From: Schizosaccharomyces osmophilus
Lineage: Eukaryota
Reading direction: 5' to 3'
NCBI RefSeq assembly: GCF_027921745.1
Contig: NC_079240.1
Location: 1,550,001 to 1,614,000, forward strand
DNA: 64,000 nt
The translations under genes were made by a program, and so were the position numbers. Positions 24,112 to 36,248 of this stretch are shown here, piece by piece. Numbering within the stretch: position 1 is the first letter of the stretch; every line of letters begins with the position of its first letter. The notes below the pieces were generated by a model. That model saw only the letters and a list, made by a program, of their open reading frames with translations, did no database searches and had not been told where the DNA came from.

Positions 24112-24873
24112 CTAATTTTCCACAGCGGCAGCACCACGCAAGAGACCACTTCTGCGGGCAGCAATAAGACCAGCCTTTTGACCGGGAACGGATCCACGGG
24201 GAACAGTGGTAGAGTGACCAACGTGTTGATGGTTACCACCACCATGAGGGTGATCGACGGGATTCATAGCAACACCACGAGTCTTGGGCCAGCAGTTGCG
24301 CTTGACCTTGTACTTGTGATAAGCACGACCAGCCTTAAGCAAGGGCTTGTCGACACGACCACCACCGGCAATGATGCCGACGACACCACGAGCGGCAGAA
24401 GGGACAACCTTCTTGGAACCAGAGGGCAATTTTACACGGGTCTTACCAGTGTCAATGTCGTGGCCAACAATGATAACGTAGTTACCGGAAGAACGTCCCA
24501 AAGCACCACGGTCACCAGACTTTTCTTCGACATTGGAGGCAATGGTACCTTCAGGCATCTCACCAACGGGCAAGACATTACCAACGGTCAAAGCAGCGTT
24601 CTTACCACAGTAGATGAATTGACCAGTGTACATACCTTCGGTAGCAACGAAGGTCTCGACATCAGTACGGTAGTGGTAAGGGTTACGGAAAGCAACTCTA
24701 GCCAAAGGAGCACCACGACCAGGGTCATGAATGATCTTTTGGACGACACCACGAATGTATCCGTGACGCTCAGCAAAGTCCAAAGTACGGAGCTGAGCGG
24801 CTCCCTTACGAAGACGAGTGTGAGCTTGGAAGATACCTCCGCTCTTTCTTTGTGCTCTAATAACACGACCCAT
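24112..24873 (-). CDS. rpl8: 60S ribosomal protein L8 (uL2)
   Basis: [10 protein letters not shown]...DPGRGAPLA...[12 protein letters not shown]. Confidence 0.97.
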   Translation of the reverse strand: MGRVIRAQRKSGGIFQAHTRLRKGAAQLRTLDFAERHGYIRGVVQKIIHDPGRGAPLARVAFRNPYHYRTDVETFVATEGMYTGQFIYCGKNAALTVGNVLPVGEMPEGTIASNVEEKSGDRGALGRSSGNYVIIVGHDIDTGKTRVKLPSGSKKVVPSAARGVVGIIAGGGRVDKPLLKAGRAYHKYKVKRNCWPKTRGVAMNPVDHPHGGGNHQHVGHSTTVPRGSVPGQKAGLIAARRSGLLRGAAAVEN

Positions 24874-24943
24874 TTCTGGTGTTTTGGTTGTTGGTGAATT
24901 TAGCCCTCCCTAAACACTTCCAAGTGATTTTCTTGAAGTTGGT

Positions 24944-24951
24944 TGTGACTG
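24944..24951 (-). promoter_or_regulatory. Homol D box of a ribosomal protein promoter
   Basis: TGTGACTG (CAGTCACA on the gene strand) about 70 nt upstream of the rpl8 ATG. Confidence 0.85.
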
Positions 24952-25618
24952 CTATTTTGGGGTAAATTTCTGGTTTATTGTAGTTTACTGTGCTATCTTA
25001 ATCTACTTTGTGAAATTGTTTTTTCTGTGTAATCTATTTATAGCGTATGTTTCTCAACTCGTTATGTCCGATTGCTGGTTTTCTGTTTGTACCAAACTTT
25101 GGTACAAAACCGATGGTAAAGCAGGCTATTTATTACTCCTCTGTTGTAAGCTATAATGTTTATTTCTACGGTAGATTGATCGTAACTTTTAGAAAAATTT
25201 CATTTCACTAACATTAGATAATCCACCTTTTGTCTTCAATACATTGTTAGAGTATTAAATTCATTCGTTTCCATGAATTATTGTTTTCAGAAAAGGAACT
25301 AGTCAACTAATAACAATAAACAAAAACCATCATTATAAGGAAGGAACTTTTATGCCAATATACAAAAAATAAGAACCGATAATCAAATATGAGCCATCAA
25401 CCTATGTATCCTGTGTTTTCTCTCGGGGAAGTATTTTTTAGAGATTACACTCTTCGTATCAAATGAACAGGGAATTTATATATAGAGGACCCTCAACGCC
25501 TGGAATATTTAGCAGGATTCTCAGCTTATCAAACCTTCAAAAAAAGCGTTGAACAAGGTTAGCGGTATCATTCCACGAATTCATGTTACATGATTGAAAC
25601 CCATGGATTTATTTTACA

Positions 25619-26131
25619 TTAAACTGAGCCACCTAATGATCCAGGTAAGCCGGAGGGGGGAAACATGGATGATTGATTCGGGTTTGCGGGTTGCGAAGGA
25701 GGTTGCATTTGACCGTTGGGAGTTTGGGAAGGCATACCATGAAGCGACGAATGCGCATGGTTAGGACTTGTAGTGACAACCGGGTCTAAAAGGTTGTCGG
25801 ATGGGGGAGGTTGCATAGGGCGATAAGCCATATGCTGGGCTTGCAAAGCATTATGTGCGGTTTGAAAATCAGTAAGCACTGATCGTATTTTCACACTACA
25901 AGCACATCCTTGATGTGCAAGTAACTGACTCTTCAGCCGGAACGCTTCTTGTTGCAACTGAGAAAGCATCATTTGCAGTCGTTTTGATTGTTCATAAGCA
26001 GCATTCGCTGTCTGCTCCAATTCTTTGATCCACTCCTTCTTCTTCTGTCGGAATTTCGAAGCTGCAATGCGGTTTCTTTCTAGTATTCTCCGACGCTTTT
26101 CTTCGTCAACTTCTTTCTTTTTTGCTGTCAT
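25619..26131 (-). CDS. pcr1: bZIP ATF/CREB transcription factor Pcr1
   Basis: [25 protein letters not shown] basic region, leucine zipper, LLAHQGC. Confidence 0.93.
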   Translation of the reverse strand: MTAKKKEVDEEKRRRILERNRIAASKFRQKKKEWIKELEQTANAAYEQSKRLQMMLSQLQQEAFRLKSQLLAHQGCACSVKIRSVLTDFQTAHNALQAQHMAYRPMQPPPSDNLLDPVVTTSPNHAHSSLHGMPSQTPNGQMQPPSQPANPNQSSMFPPSGLPGSLGGSV

Positions 26132-27097
26132 GCTTGCGAAAAAAAAAATGAGACAATGAAAAGAGTATCCAAGAAGTAAATAAAAAATTTCTGGAATTAA
26201 GTAGGTAAAGTCAAATCACAAAGCCGTTAAATAATAAGTTATGAATGCTCTTATGCCATAAGCTTATTTAACCTGCAAATTAAATTTTAAGCAAATAACA
26301 AGGACGTAAGAGCTTTTCGACTTTTCACATATATTACAAATAAGAGAAAGAAGAAAAATGTCAAGCCACGAATACGATGTAAACGTAGATTTTATAGTTC
26401 GCAACCAAAATTCTTTTGCAGAAGTTTTTAGAAGAATTTTTTTTACCAAGAGCAAACTTTTTGCTTGTAAACTCACAAACACGCGTTCAAACCAACTTAC
26501 TCACGTTGTTTTTACAGTCGACTTGTAAAATCCAGGCTTGAAAAGTACTAGGGAAGACGATGATGTGTAATGACACTAAGAACACTGCTCGTCAACTCTA
26601 ATCTTCACAAAAAGCTTAAAAATCAATTCTGTTTTCTATTTACACGTAAAAGACTCATAAATATGTGGAATTTGTTGTAAAAGTCCAAATTTAGTTGAAT
26701 TTCGAGTCGCAGGCAAAGGTTGAAATTACTTGCCGCCGAATAGATCTGTTTCACATGCTGTGTTGATTACGTCATCCTAAAGAATTAGACTGAACGGTCT
26801 TCCACGGGATAACGACACGCACCATTCCAGTAATAAACATTAAAATTATATTGATGGAAACCAGTTTTTTTGTGGTAATTCTTGTTTTGATGCCCTTGCT
26901 TTCCGTAACAGTTTGCAAGATCTCATCTTCTATCGTCATGGTGGTTTTTTAAATCCAAGAAAAATTCTCGTTAGCATAGTATAGTTACTCATAAAAGCCA
27001 TTCGAAAAGTGTTTTATGCCTCCAAACTTGAAACAAAAAGAAAGGAATAAAAGGTTTTATAAAAGTTCGTAAGAATGGATAAAACAAGTCCAAAACA

Positions 27098-28108
27098 TTA
27101 TAAAAATTGCTTGGCGCGCTCCCAAAGATTTAAAGCAGTATCAAGATAGGTTTGCTCTTCACTGTGGTATTTTAAACCGAGAGACTTTGAAAGCGAATTG
27201 TCTAATTTGTATAAATTTTCGTTAAAGGGGACATCACTGGGCTCAGAAATGGTATCTTTCTTTTCCGAGAAATGTTCACGAAGCATTTTGCATAAGTGAT
27301 TACTGAAAAAAGGACCCTGAGCTACTAGCAAACGGCCATTGCTTAATAACTCGTTCTTGAGTGCGAACACATGGGCATTGGCAAGATCACGAACATCGAC
27401 TTTCCAGTGTTGCAAGGAAGGTTGTGTCTTGGAGCCATTGATGAGATTCCAAAAGATTTTGTTCGGAGTGCTTAAAGAATGCATACTGTTTATTGGATGG
27501 ATAGAAGGACCAAGCACAAAAGGAGGGTTTATGGTGCAAATGTCATATTGAGGATGCTTTTCTTTCACAAAATCATGAGCAGCCTTTTCGGCAAACTTTT
27601 TGGAAGCACCGTAAGCAAAAATACCATTCTTGGTAGTTAACGCCTCCTCATAACTGATAGGGTTCCAATCCTTTTCAGTATAGTTGTACCCTGTATTGGG
27701 GTCTATCGAAAAGTTTCTTAAAGCAACAAATGAAGAAGTAATCACCACACGCTTCACCTTGGGTTCAGAGGCGGCAGCCTCCAGGACACGAAGAGTACCG
27801 TTGATAGCAGGGTCCAACAGTTCAGTCTTGTTGTCATGGACATCAACAAGGACGGGAGAAGCAACATGACAAACATAATCGCACTCCTTGACAGCATCCT
27901 TTAGGGCAGAAAGGTCAACGATGTCCTTGACGATCGCGAACTCAATTTTGTCTTTGAGCCCTGGGTTTAAATGGACAAGTTCATTGGCTTTCTCCATAGA
28001 ACGGACAGTACCACGCACGCGATATCCTTCATTCAGCAAACAAACAGCAACATGAGCTCCAATAAACCCACTAACACCGGTGACTAAAGCAAGTTGTTGG
28101 TTTGACAT
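27098..28108 (-). CDS. NADPH-dependent extended SDR (Gre2/dihydroflavonol/cinnamoyl-CoA reductase-like)
   Basis: VTGVSGFIG Rossmann motif; HVASP, ITSS and YGASK catalytic motifs; VDVRDLA. Confidence 0.92.
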   Translation of the reverse strand: MSNQQLALVTGVSGFIGAHVAVCLLNEGYRVRGTVRSMEKANELVHLNPGLKDKIEFAIVKDIVDLSALKDAVKECDYVCHVASPVLVDVHDNKTELLDPAINGTLRVLEAAASEPKVKRVVITSSFVALRNFSIDPNTGYNYTEKDWNPISYEEALTTKNGIFAYGASKKFAEKAAHDFVKEKHPQYDICTINPPFVLGPSIHPINSMHSLSTPNKIFWNLINGSKTQPSLQHWKVDVRDLANAHVFALKNELLSNGRLLVAQGPFFSNHLCKMLREHFSEKKDTISEPSDVPFNENLYKLDNSLSKSLGLKYHSEEQTYLDTALNLWERAKQFL

Positions 28109-29780
28109 TTTTCAAGTTTTCGTAAAAGAGGCAACAGGTTTGAAACCCGAAAAAAAAATGAAGTAGATTTATTCTAATCGTAAATGCAAGATGAATGCTA
28201 TGTCCTTCGTAGTTGGATTGGAATTTCAAGCCAGAAACTTTAACGATTCCTTCGTTCTATGCTTGTCTAAATTTTTCCAGTTGCTTTTCTATAACTGCTT
28301 CGACACAAGTTAGGACATACACATTTATATATAGGTTTTGCTGCGTCATTTTTCCATATGAAAGAACTGGTTTCTTTACGTTCACAAACTCTCAATATTA
28401 TTAATGTTTTGTATTATAATAATATTATTACAACATAAAAGCGTTCTTTAAGCCAGCGTTAACAATTAGTGAATGATTAGTGAATAGAAATGAAATGGAA
28501 TGAAATTTCCTAGGATAAATTTGTTTTATCCCAATTTCTAAAATAACTTCTCAATGTTGAAAACTTTGCTGTCTAGACGATGTATTTGTACGACAGTTTG
28601 TGAAAGCAAGCTTTGTAGCAAAGCGCTATTCTTCTTCAGTCGCAGCATTACAACATAAAAGTCCTTTTTAATCGAATTTTAGATTATGCTCGAGCGTCTG
28701 ATGTTGCTAAGATAGTATACCATAGAATCATAACTTCATAGTGTACACTTTTCCAAACTTGGAAACATTCAATTGCAGTCTAAAGAGGTTACTTAGAATT
28801 GTATCTTCTTAAATACTCTTTTCATTAGTGAATAAAAGAAAAAAGTCTTGGGAGCTTTCCAGCGATGACATGGAAATATTGCGTTTTGTCAATCACAGCA
28901 TCTGGAGCTACCATTCATTGCCATATAATTTCTAATTAATCCAGCATCATTTCTATACTCACTTAGAAGATCTCCCTTGGATGAATCGTTTACCAGGCTA
29001 GGCTGTCTAACCGGCTTTTCAAATGGCAATAATGTTCTTAAAGAGGATCTGTAACCTGGCGAGCCATCTAATATGATATAACAGAACTTATTGAAGACAT
29101 ATTTCATGATTAGAAAGGAGGAGAATGTTTTCTATTCAGTATCCTATGTATCCTTGTAAAAATCATCATTGTAAATGGCTTTAAATAGAGCACAATGCAT
29201 ATCATGATTTGCTGGACAACTTTCCTTATATGACTTATTAAACTCAAGAAACAAAATCGAAAATCAATGGCCGTAGGTCTGATAGTTACACCTAAAACAT
29301 TTCTTGGTATCGTTTCTGATAAATCATGCAGGGGACCTTTGCTTCCCATTATATTGACAGACTTGTAACTTTGCCAAGCGTAGCAACAAAACTGATCAAA
29401 ATTTAGTTCTTATCTGAATTAAATGCTTGTTTACCGATGTGACACAGGTTGAACTGTCCGTTCCAAAAGTTCTAAAGAAATACATACATCATGAATCAAA
29501 TTGAGCGGACCGGAATCTGTCCAAGAACCAGTCTCTTTTAAATTTATTTTTCTTTTCTTTCTTAATATTTACAGAATCCAATGGCATCTACACCGTTCAA
29601 ACATCTTATCAATACCTCGCACATTCTCCAGGTTTCTTTGTAATTCGTTATTGTCCTTATCACTCACTGGTAATTAACATTTCTTTTATTTCCTTCTATA
29701 ACCTTTTAGACTTAAATTTATTTTAATTTTTTTGCAAGACTTTCCTTTATTGTAGTGCTTCTTTGACTAAATAATTTCTC

Positions 29781-30431
29781 ATGGATTTTCAGCTCAAAGA
29801 CCCAAATACTATTCCTTCTTGGAAATGCGCAAAGAAGAAAGCTTGTTGTATAGCTGTTAACAATTCTACAGTCATGCATGATAAACCTGGTTTGCTTTCT
29901 TGCTTGAGGGAAGTCTATAATTCCGAAATTGAAAAGGGTGACACGTATCCTTTTGAAGAACCCTTGAGCATGGAAGAAGCTGAGAATTATTTTTTTGCAT
30001 ATTGTACAGTCCTTTGCTTAGAATGGGATGGCCACAGTTCACTTCCTAATCTCCAAACTCCAATTGATTGGAAAGAAAAGATCCTTGGGTTTTTCATCGT
30101 AAAACCAAATTATCCTCCTCGCTGTGGCCATGTTTGTAATGGGTCCTTTTTGGTGAGTCCTAAAACCCGTGGTCGAGGTATCGGAAGAATACTTGCCTAT
30201 GCCTTTTTGTACTATTCTCCTCGCATAGGCTACAAGTCCAGTGTTTTTAACCTAGTCTTCGCAACAAACGCAGCCAGTTATAGGTTATGGGATAGCCTTG
30301 GTTTCACCCGCACAGGCGTGATCCGCAATGCTGCTCGTCTACGAGGACATTCCAAACTTGTGGACGCATATATATATCAATACGAATTTCCTCCCCTTGA
30401 TCAAGAAGTTGAAGATGGGGATGCATCTTAA
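29781..30431 (+). CDS. aca1: GNAT L-azetidine-2-carboxylate acetyltransferase (Mpr1-like)
   Basis: GDTYP, KPNYPPRCGHVCNGSF, RGRGIG and FNLVFATN are Mpr1-family motifs. Confidence 0.88.
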   Translation: MDFQLKDPNTIPSWKCAKKKACCIAVNNSTVMHDKPGLLSCLREVYNSEIEKGDTYPFEEPLSMEEAENYFFAYCTVLCLEWDGHSSLPNLQTPIDWKEKILGFFIVKPNYPPRCGHVCNGSFLVSPKTRGRGIGRILAYAFLYYSPRIGYKSSVFNLVFATNAASYRLWDSLGFTRTGVIRNAARLRGHSKLVDAYIYQYEFPPLDQEVEDGDAS

Positions 30432-30537
30432 ATCTACTTCTTATATTAAGATTTCAAAGAATAAACAAGATCATTTATTTTGTTTCATAAACAAAAAAAT
30501 AGAACATCTAGCTTTCCCCCATTTTCTATGTATTTTC

Positions 30538-32176
30538 CTACCATGCATCAAAATTTCCAAAACCCGTTCGTGTCTTCTTCTTTTTCGGTTGAGATAATGC
30601 ATCCATAGATACTCCAATTGAAGGGCGCTTTGTATCACTATTTAAATACTTACCAACGGCTGGGGTCGCGGGTGTACCAGAGGATGGACGTGCCAGGTCT
30701 CTTCCAGTCCATGAGACATGATCAGCCTCGGATTCGTTTGACTCCAAGGACTCTTTTTCCTTTTTTAGTTTCTCTTGCTCTTCCTTTTCCCATTCTTCAA
30801 AGGGATCTACAAATACAACAATATCTTCTAGTCGAATAGGGACCTTTGGGTGATCGTAATCATTTGTTGGAACCTTTTCTAATGCATCAAGTACTGCCAT
30901 CCCTCCAACAATATGTCCGAAGATAGTATGTTTACTATCCAAGTGTTTGGCAGCATTGAATAAAAGAAAGCTAAACTGTTAGCATAGAAAGAACAAAGCA
31001 AAACTTATACATACAATTGACTGCCATTGGTGTTTTTTCCTCGATTAGCCATCGAAAGAATTCCACGCTGATCATGATGCAGAGGATTACCAAATTCATC
31101 CCGAAATGGTTTTCCCCAGCAGCTTTCGCCTCCTTTTCCGGTTCCCGTTGGATCGCCAGCTTGTATCATAAATCGAGGAATGCTTCTATGGAACATGGTA
31201 TTACGGTAATAGCCTTTCTTAGATAGTTGGATAAAATTGTAAACGGCATGCGGAGCATAATCGGTATGGAGTTCCAGGTTAATTTCCCCGAAATTTGTTA
31301 TCATTCGAGCGTAGCCTTTGTGTTTTATCCGAACATGGTTAAGCATGTAGTCTTCCTGAGGAATTATTGCTTTTTCATTTTTTGTAACCGGGGAAAATGA
31401 GGTGGATGTAAGGGATGCTGAAGCAAGACCTGTTGTATGTGCAGCACGATATACAGGAAGCCCAGAATGTGCTGTTTCTGTACTACTTGGGTGCGCCAAT
31501 TGCTTGGAAGACGGCAAAACGCTTTCTTTTCTTGACTTTTCGATCGCAAGGCGTGCCTTTTGGATTTTTTCCTCTCTAGACATCTCCTTTTGTGTTTGTA
31601 AAGCCGAAAAATCTCGCTTCTCAACATTATGGGGATCTTGGATTGTGATTATGTCCGAACGAGTAAATGGTTTTTCGCTAACTAGGTCATTCCAGTTTTT
31701 GGTTTTTATATTCAACCCTTCCAAAGTATCCCAGGAAAAACAATTCCCCGTTGTCTTGATGGCTATAATATGAGAAAATTCGGTGAATCCCTTCAAAGTT
31801 ACTGGATCACAGTATTCTCCCACCGCATTCTTTGAAAAGTTCAATTTAATAAGATCGGACAATGCTGCTTTCTCGCCAGTTACTGGATTGGTTTTGTGTT
31901 TCCGAAGCCATGGAACAATAAATCTACAACAATTAGTAAACGAATATTGATTGAAAGTACTTACTTGAAATCAAATATGATAGCATGGTTGGTGGAATCT
32001 ACCAAACAACAAGGGTGTGTGAATGGCTGCAACGAAAGAGAACAATAGTTGAAAGGAAGCTGACGAAACGTCCCTTTCGGCTGCTTCCCTGTAATACCAC
32101 TCATCCCGCCATGCCATCCATGGACACCAGAATGTTCGGTTTGAGTCACATACAATTTGTCGGTATTTTTTCCCAT
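30538..32176 (-). CDS. cyp8: U-box cyclophilin (PPIL2/Cyp60-like); exons 32176-31965, 31923-31015 and 30970-30538
   Basis: [11 protein letters not shown] start; [13 protein letters not shown]; PPIase domain [24 protein letters not shown]; in-frame splicing at two canonical introns. Confidence 0.92.
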
Positions 32177-32385
32177 TCTTCTTCTATCAGAAATTCGTTT
32201 AGATTAAACAATTAATTTAGTAAAAATAAATAAAACAAATATCAACGGATTCTAAAATCCAAAACGAATTATGCACGTTAGGCTAAAAGTAAGGGTAAGG
32301 AAGAAACCAAAGATCTGACACAGCTAGGTGTTGTTGTACTTGGCTTCAGCGTATACTTGGAAAACAAGTAGAAAAACACATTCTA

Positions 32386-33804
32386 ATGGCCATTCCAACA
32401 GAACAAGCACGTGAAGTACCAAATGAACCTGTTGCCATTAAAGAAACAAATACTGGCGCAGCTGGAGCAGAGTCGAATACTCAAACAGTAAACACTGGAG
32501 CTGAACCAAAACGGTCAGGAAAAGACTTGAAAGCTTTGAAAAAGGCCGAAAAGCAGGCCTCTAGGAAAGCGAGGGCTGATCAACAAGGTGGTGGTAAAGA
32601 GAAAGGAAACAGCTCGGACGATAAAAAGCAAGATCAGAATTCCAAAGGAGGAAGTCAGCCTAAAAAGTCTTCAAAACAAAATGGCAAAGGATCCCCTCCA
32701 GTCCTTAAAAAAGAAGATCCAGCTGTCTTGGAACAAAGGTTTTTTGAAGAGAAACAGGTTTCAATTTTCTCACACTTGGATTGGCGGCGCCGTAGGACAA
32801 CAGAGAACTTGCCCAAAGATATACATCCTGCGGTTATTCGTTTAGGATTGAAATTATCAAATTATAAGGTCTTTGGTTCGAATCAAAGATGTATAGAACT
32901 GCTTAAGACATTTAAAAAGGTCATCCGAGATTACCAAACTCCATTTAAAACGACTTTGAGCCGACACTTGACCACTCATGTCAATTCGCAAATAGCTTAT
33001 TTGGTTTCTACTCGTCCCCTCAGTATCAGCATGGGTAGTGCCATTCGATTCCTCAAGCTTGAAATTTCCGTGTTGGACATTGATTTGACGGAAGAAGAAG
33101 GCAAAGAAGTGTTATTAGAAAAAATTGATAACTTTATTCGTGACCGTATCGTTATCGCTGGCAAAGCCATCGTTCAGGCTGCTGCCGAAAAAATTCAGGA
33201 TGGCGATATTATTTTGACTTATCTGCACTCATCTACGGTGAACGATGTATTAGTATATGCAAAAAATATTGGAAAACAATTCCGTGTCATCGTGGTAGAT
33301 TCCCGTCCGGAATTTGAAGGAAGGGCTTGCTTGAAGCTATTAACTAGTCATGGAATTCTTTGTACCTATGTAATGATCTCGGCTTTAGCTTACACCATGC
33401 AGGAAGTAACCAAAATCTTTTTGGGTGGTCATGCCATGCTATCAAATGGTGCTCTTTATTCTCGTGCCGGTACTTCTTTAATTGCCCTGCTTGGTAAAGA
33501 AGCAAACGTTCCTGTCATCGCTTGTTGCGAATCGTATAAATTTACTGAACGCATTCAGTTAGATTCTTTAGTATACAATGAGCTTGCTCCAGGTGATCAA
33601 CTCATCAATACTTCAGTCGATGAAAACCAAGAAAAGCCAAGCGAACTTTCCGATTGGCATTCCGTCAAAAATTTGAAGCTTCTTAATCTTAAATACGATG
33701 TGACTCCCCCTCGTTTAATAACTGTTTGTGTCTGTGAAATGGGTCTCCTCCCTTCAACGTCTGTACCAGCAATCATTAACGAGTTTAAACAAGTGTATGC
33801 TTAA
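32386..33804 (+). CDS. tif224: Translation initiation factor eIF2B delta subunit
   Basis: IHPAVIRLG, GSNQRC, VDSRPEFEG, CESYKFTERIQLD and YDVTP motifs. Confidence 0.93.
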   Translation: MAIPTEQAREVPNEPVAIKETNTGAAGAESNTQTVNTGAEPKRSGKDLKALKKAEKQASRKARADQQGGGKEKGNSSDDKKQDQNSKGGSQPKKSSKQNGKGSPPVLKKEDPAVLEQRFFEEKQVSIFSHLDWRRRRTTENLPKDIHPAVIRLGLKLSNYKVFGSNQRCIELLKTFKKVIRDYQTPFKTTLSRHLTTHVNSQIAYLVSTRPLSISMGSAIRFLKLEISVLDIDLTEEEGKEVLLEKIDNFIRDRIVIAGKAIVQAAAEKIQDGDIILTYLHSSTVNDVLVYAKNIGKQFRVIVVDSRPEFEGRACLKLLTSHGILCTYVMISALAYTMQEVTKIFLGGHAMLSNGALYSRAGTSLIALLGKEANVPVIACCESYKFTERIQLDSLVYNELAPGDQLINTSVDENQEKPSELSDWHSVKNLKLLNLKYDVTPPRLITVCVCEMGLLPSTSVPAIINEFKQVYA

Positions 33805-34388
33805 TAGGAAAATCATCTATGAGGTTGAAAGGTATGAATTATCTTTCAAATTGATCATGACAATTGCAACAAGAAGACGAATTGCATACGAAATGGTTGC
33901 ACCCTATTTTTTGGCATTTAATAAAGAATTCATCGTACGTGAAGTCTTTTATTAATTATGTTGGTAATTTATAGGAAAAGTTTTGGATCTTGCGTTGGTG
34001 ACTACGAAAAAGAAACATTATATGGGTCTTTAAGTTATACATTTCTTATGAACTCGATTTAGAAGTAATACTCTTATGAGCGCAAGCTATGCAAAATGGC
34101 TTCGTTGATGAAAAAGTACACAGTTGATTTTTGTTTGGCTTAGGTTTCTATATGTAAATTAGATATGATTTTGAGGTAATGGAATAGTTTGGTTTCCATT
34201 GGGTAAATAGGTATATGTGTATCCTATGCAGTCTTAAGAACGTATGTGTTTTATTTGATTCACATCCGTAGTAACCTTCATTCATTCTCCATGTTCACAG
34301 GATGTGTAAGCGGAAACAGTCCTTAAGGACCTATAATATTCCATTCAATTACGGACGATGAACACATACCCAATTCATTAGATTAAGA

Positions 34389-35411
34389 ATGCTTTTGAGA
34401 TCTTTTAAGAATTTTAGAAAGTTTCATCTTGAACTTCAGCAAAAACGGTTTTTGAGCGTCTGTTTAAAACCTATCAAACAGTTAGTACGATTTGAAGGGC
34501 CGGACACTCAGAAGTTCCTTCAAGGGCTCACGACACAAAAGGTTTCTTTAGAAAAACCATATTATACAGGATTTTTAAATACAAGCGTATGTCAATGTGC
34601 GCACTGCTTAGGACTATAAACTAATCAAATATAGGGACGTATTTTATTTGATGCATTTTGCTATCCTGAAAGCTTTACAACTACAGATGCCACCAAGCCT
34701 AATCATAGACTATATGTTGAAGTAGAAAAATTTAGAACTGAGGAGTTTCTAAAACATGTGATAAAGTATAGACTTCGTTATAAGTGTGATGTTACAGCAG
34801 TTGATCCCGAGGAGCTGAGCGTACAAGTGGGATGGGAGCAAGACGCAGAAAAAGTCATTAGTGATAAAAATAACCTTGCATCTATGTGGGACCCCAGATT
34901 TCAAAAACCTATGCTCAGTCGAAGCGTTGTTTCTTCGCATGCGTGTACATCCAATGCGGATTTGAACGAGTATGCGGCGTTCCGATTCCGACATGGAGTT
35001 GCTGAAGGTTCCTTGGAAATAATTCCTGGATCTGCATTTCCCATGGAAAGCAATTTGGATTGGATGAATGGTGTCGAATTTTATAAAGGATGTTATTTAG
35101 GCCAAGAGCTTACCGTACGAACTTATCATACGGGTGTTACACGCAAACGAATTTTTCCCTTTATCATAGAAGAAGGAAGTGATGCTGCTGGCATTCAAGC
35201 ATCTTCAAAGTTAGGCCTTAGAGCTTCTTCTGGCCGTTTGAGCAAACGATCGCCAGGAAAGGTTTTGGCTGTACAAGGAAGATATGGACTTGTAATGTTA
35301 AGGCTGGAATATTTACATCAACCACTTGAGTGTAATGGTGTTCCTATACAAATTATGGATGAAGTATGGAAAGAGCAATTACAGTCTTCAGAGACAAAAA
35401 CCAAAGATTAA
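34389..35411 (+). CDS. iba57: Mitochondrial Fe-S maturation protein Iba57; exons 34389-34586 and 34635-35411
   Basis: [22 protein letters not shown] and the [10 protein letters not shown] signature; intron 34587-34634. Confidence 0.92.
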
Positions 35412-36248
35412 GTTCTGAACATTTTGTAATTAATATCTTTTTATTCTTTATATTTGTTTTTACGCCTTAAATGTCCACGAATCTATTAAACGAGTCCCGA
35501 CACGAATTGTTTGCTAATCTCGAAAATCATTTGGAAAACCGACGAACGAACACATGGAAGTGTTCTTTCTCACTACGAGACTTGTCTTATAAATTGTATA
35601 TCTTTTGTGAATCAACCCTTTTTAAGCATGTTCCTTTTGGTACATACGCAAGCTGGTGGCCAACAAATAGATGAGAAACCAAACTATAGTAAATTGAAAA
35701 TATCTTTTTTTTTCGGATTCCAAACTAATATAGAAACACTTTAATGATCGTACCCAGTTACTACTACTATCACTCGAAATCACTTTTTTCGTTTGCTTTC
35801 ATGCTTTCCAAACCTGCACTGGGTCTCGCAACAGTTCGCAAACTTAATAACTCGCTACTACCAACATCCGAGTTAACTTATCCTTTACTATTCCCTCAAC
35901 ACCATAGTAGAAAGCAGCATTTCGCTCTCATTATTGTCATTTGAGAGTAAAAAGGCCTTTCATTTTAAAAAGGCCGTTTACTGTTGCACCAAAGTAAGTT
36001 GATGACTGGAAGATATTCCCATAGCAATCGGTTTCTAAAAAAAGGGGATTCGTTTTCGTGAGCATTTATTTAGAGCATTCATTTATACTCTTTCTCTTCT
36101 TGTTGTAACGATATATCTATTTTAATTCACATATATTGACGAATAACGGCTTTTCTTACCTACCCGCATAGATTGAAGCCTCCTTTGTTTCACTTTCGTA
36201 GAAGCTTTCTCCTTACATTTTTTTAAATACACACACCGATATTCGAAA

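Noticed and set aside
24178..24897. 239-aa ORF antisense to rpl8, and similar antisense ORFs over rho1, cdc22, fio1, acs1 and the NDT gene
   Set aside because: Shadow ORFs from codon bias of the real genes
28889..29349. Two abutting minus-strand ORFs (72 and 79 aa)
   Set aside because: No recognisable family or splice signals; cannot be supported as a gene
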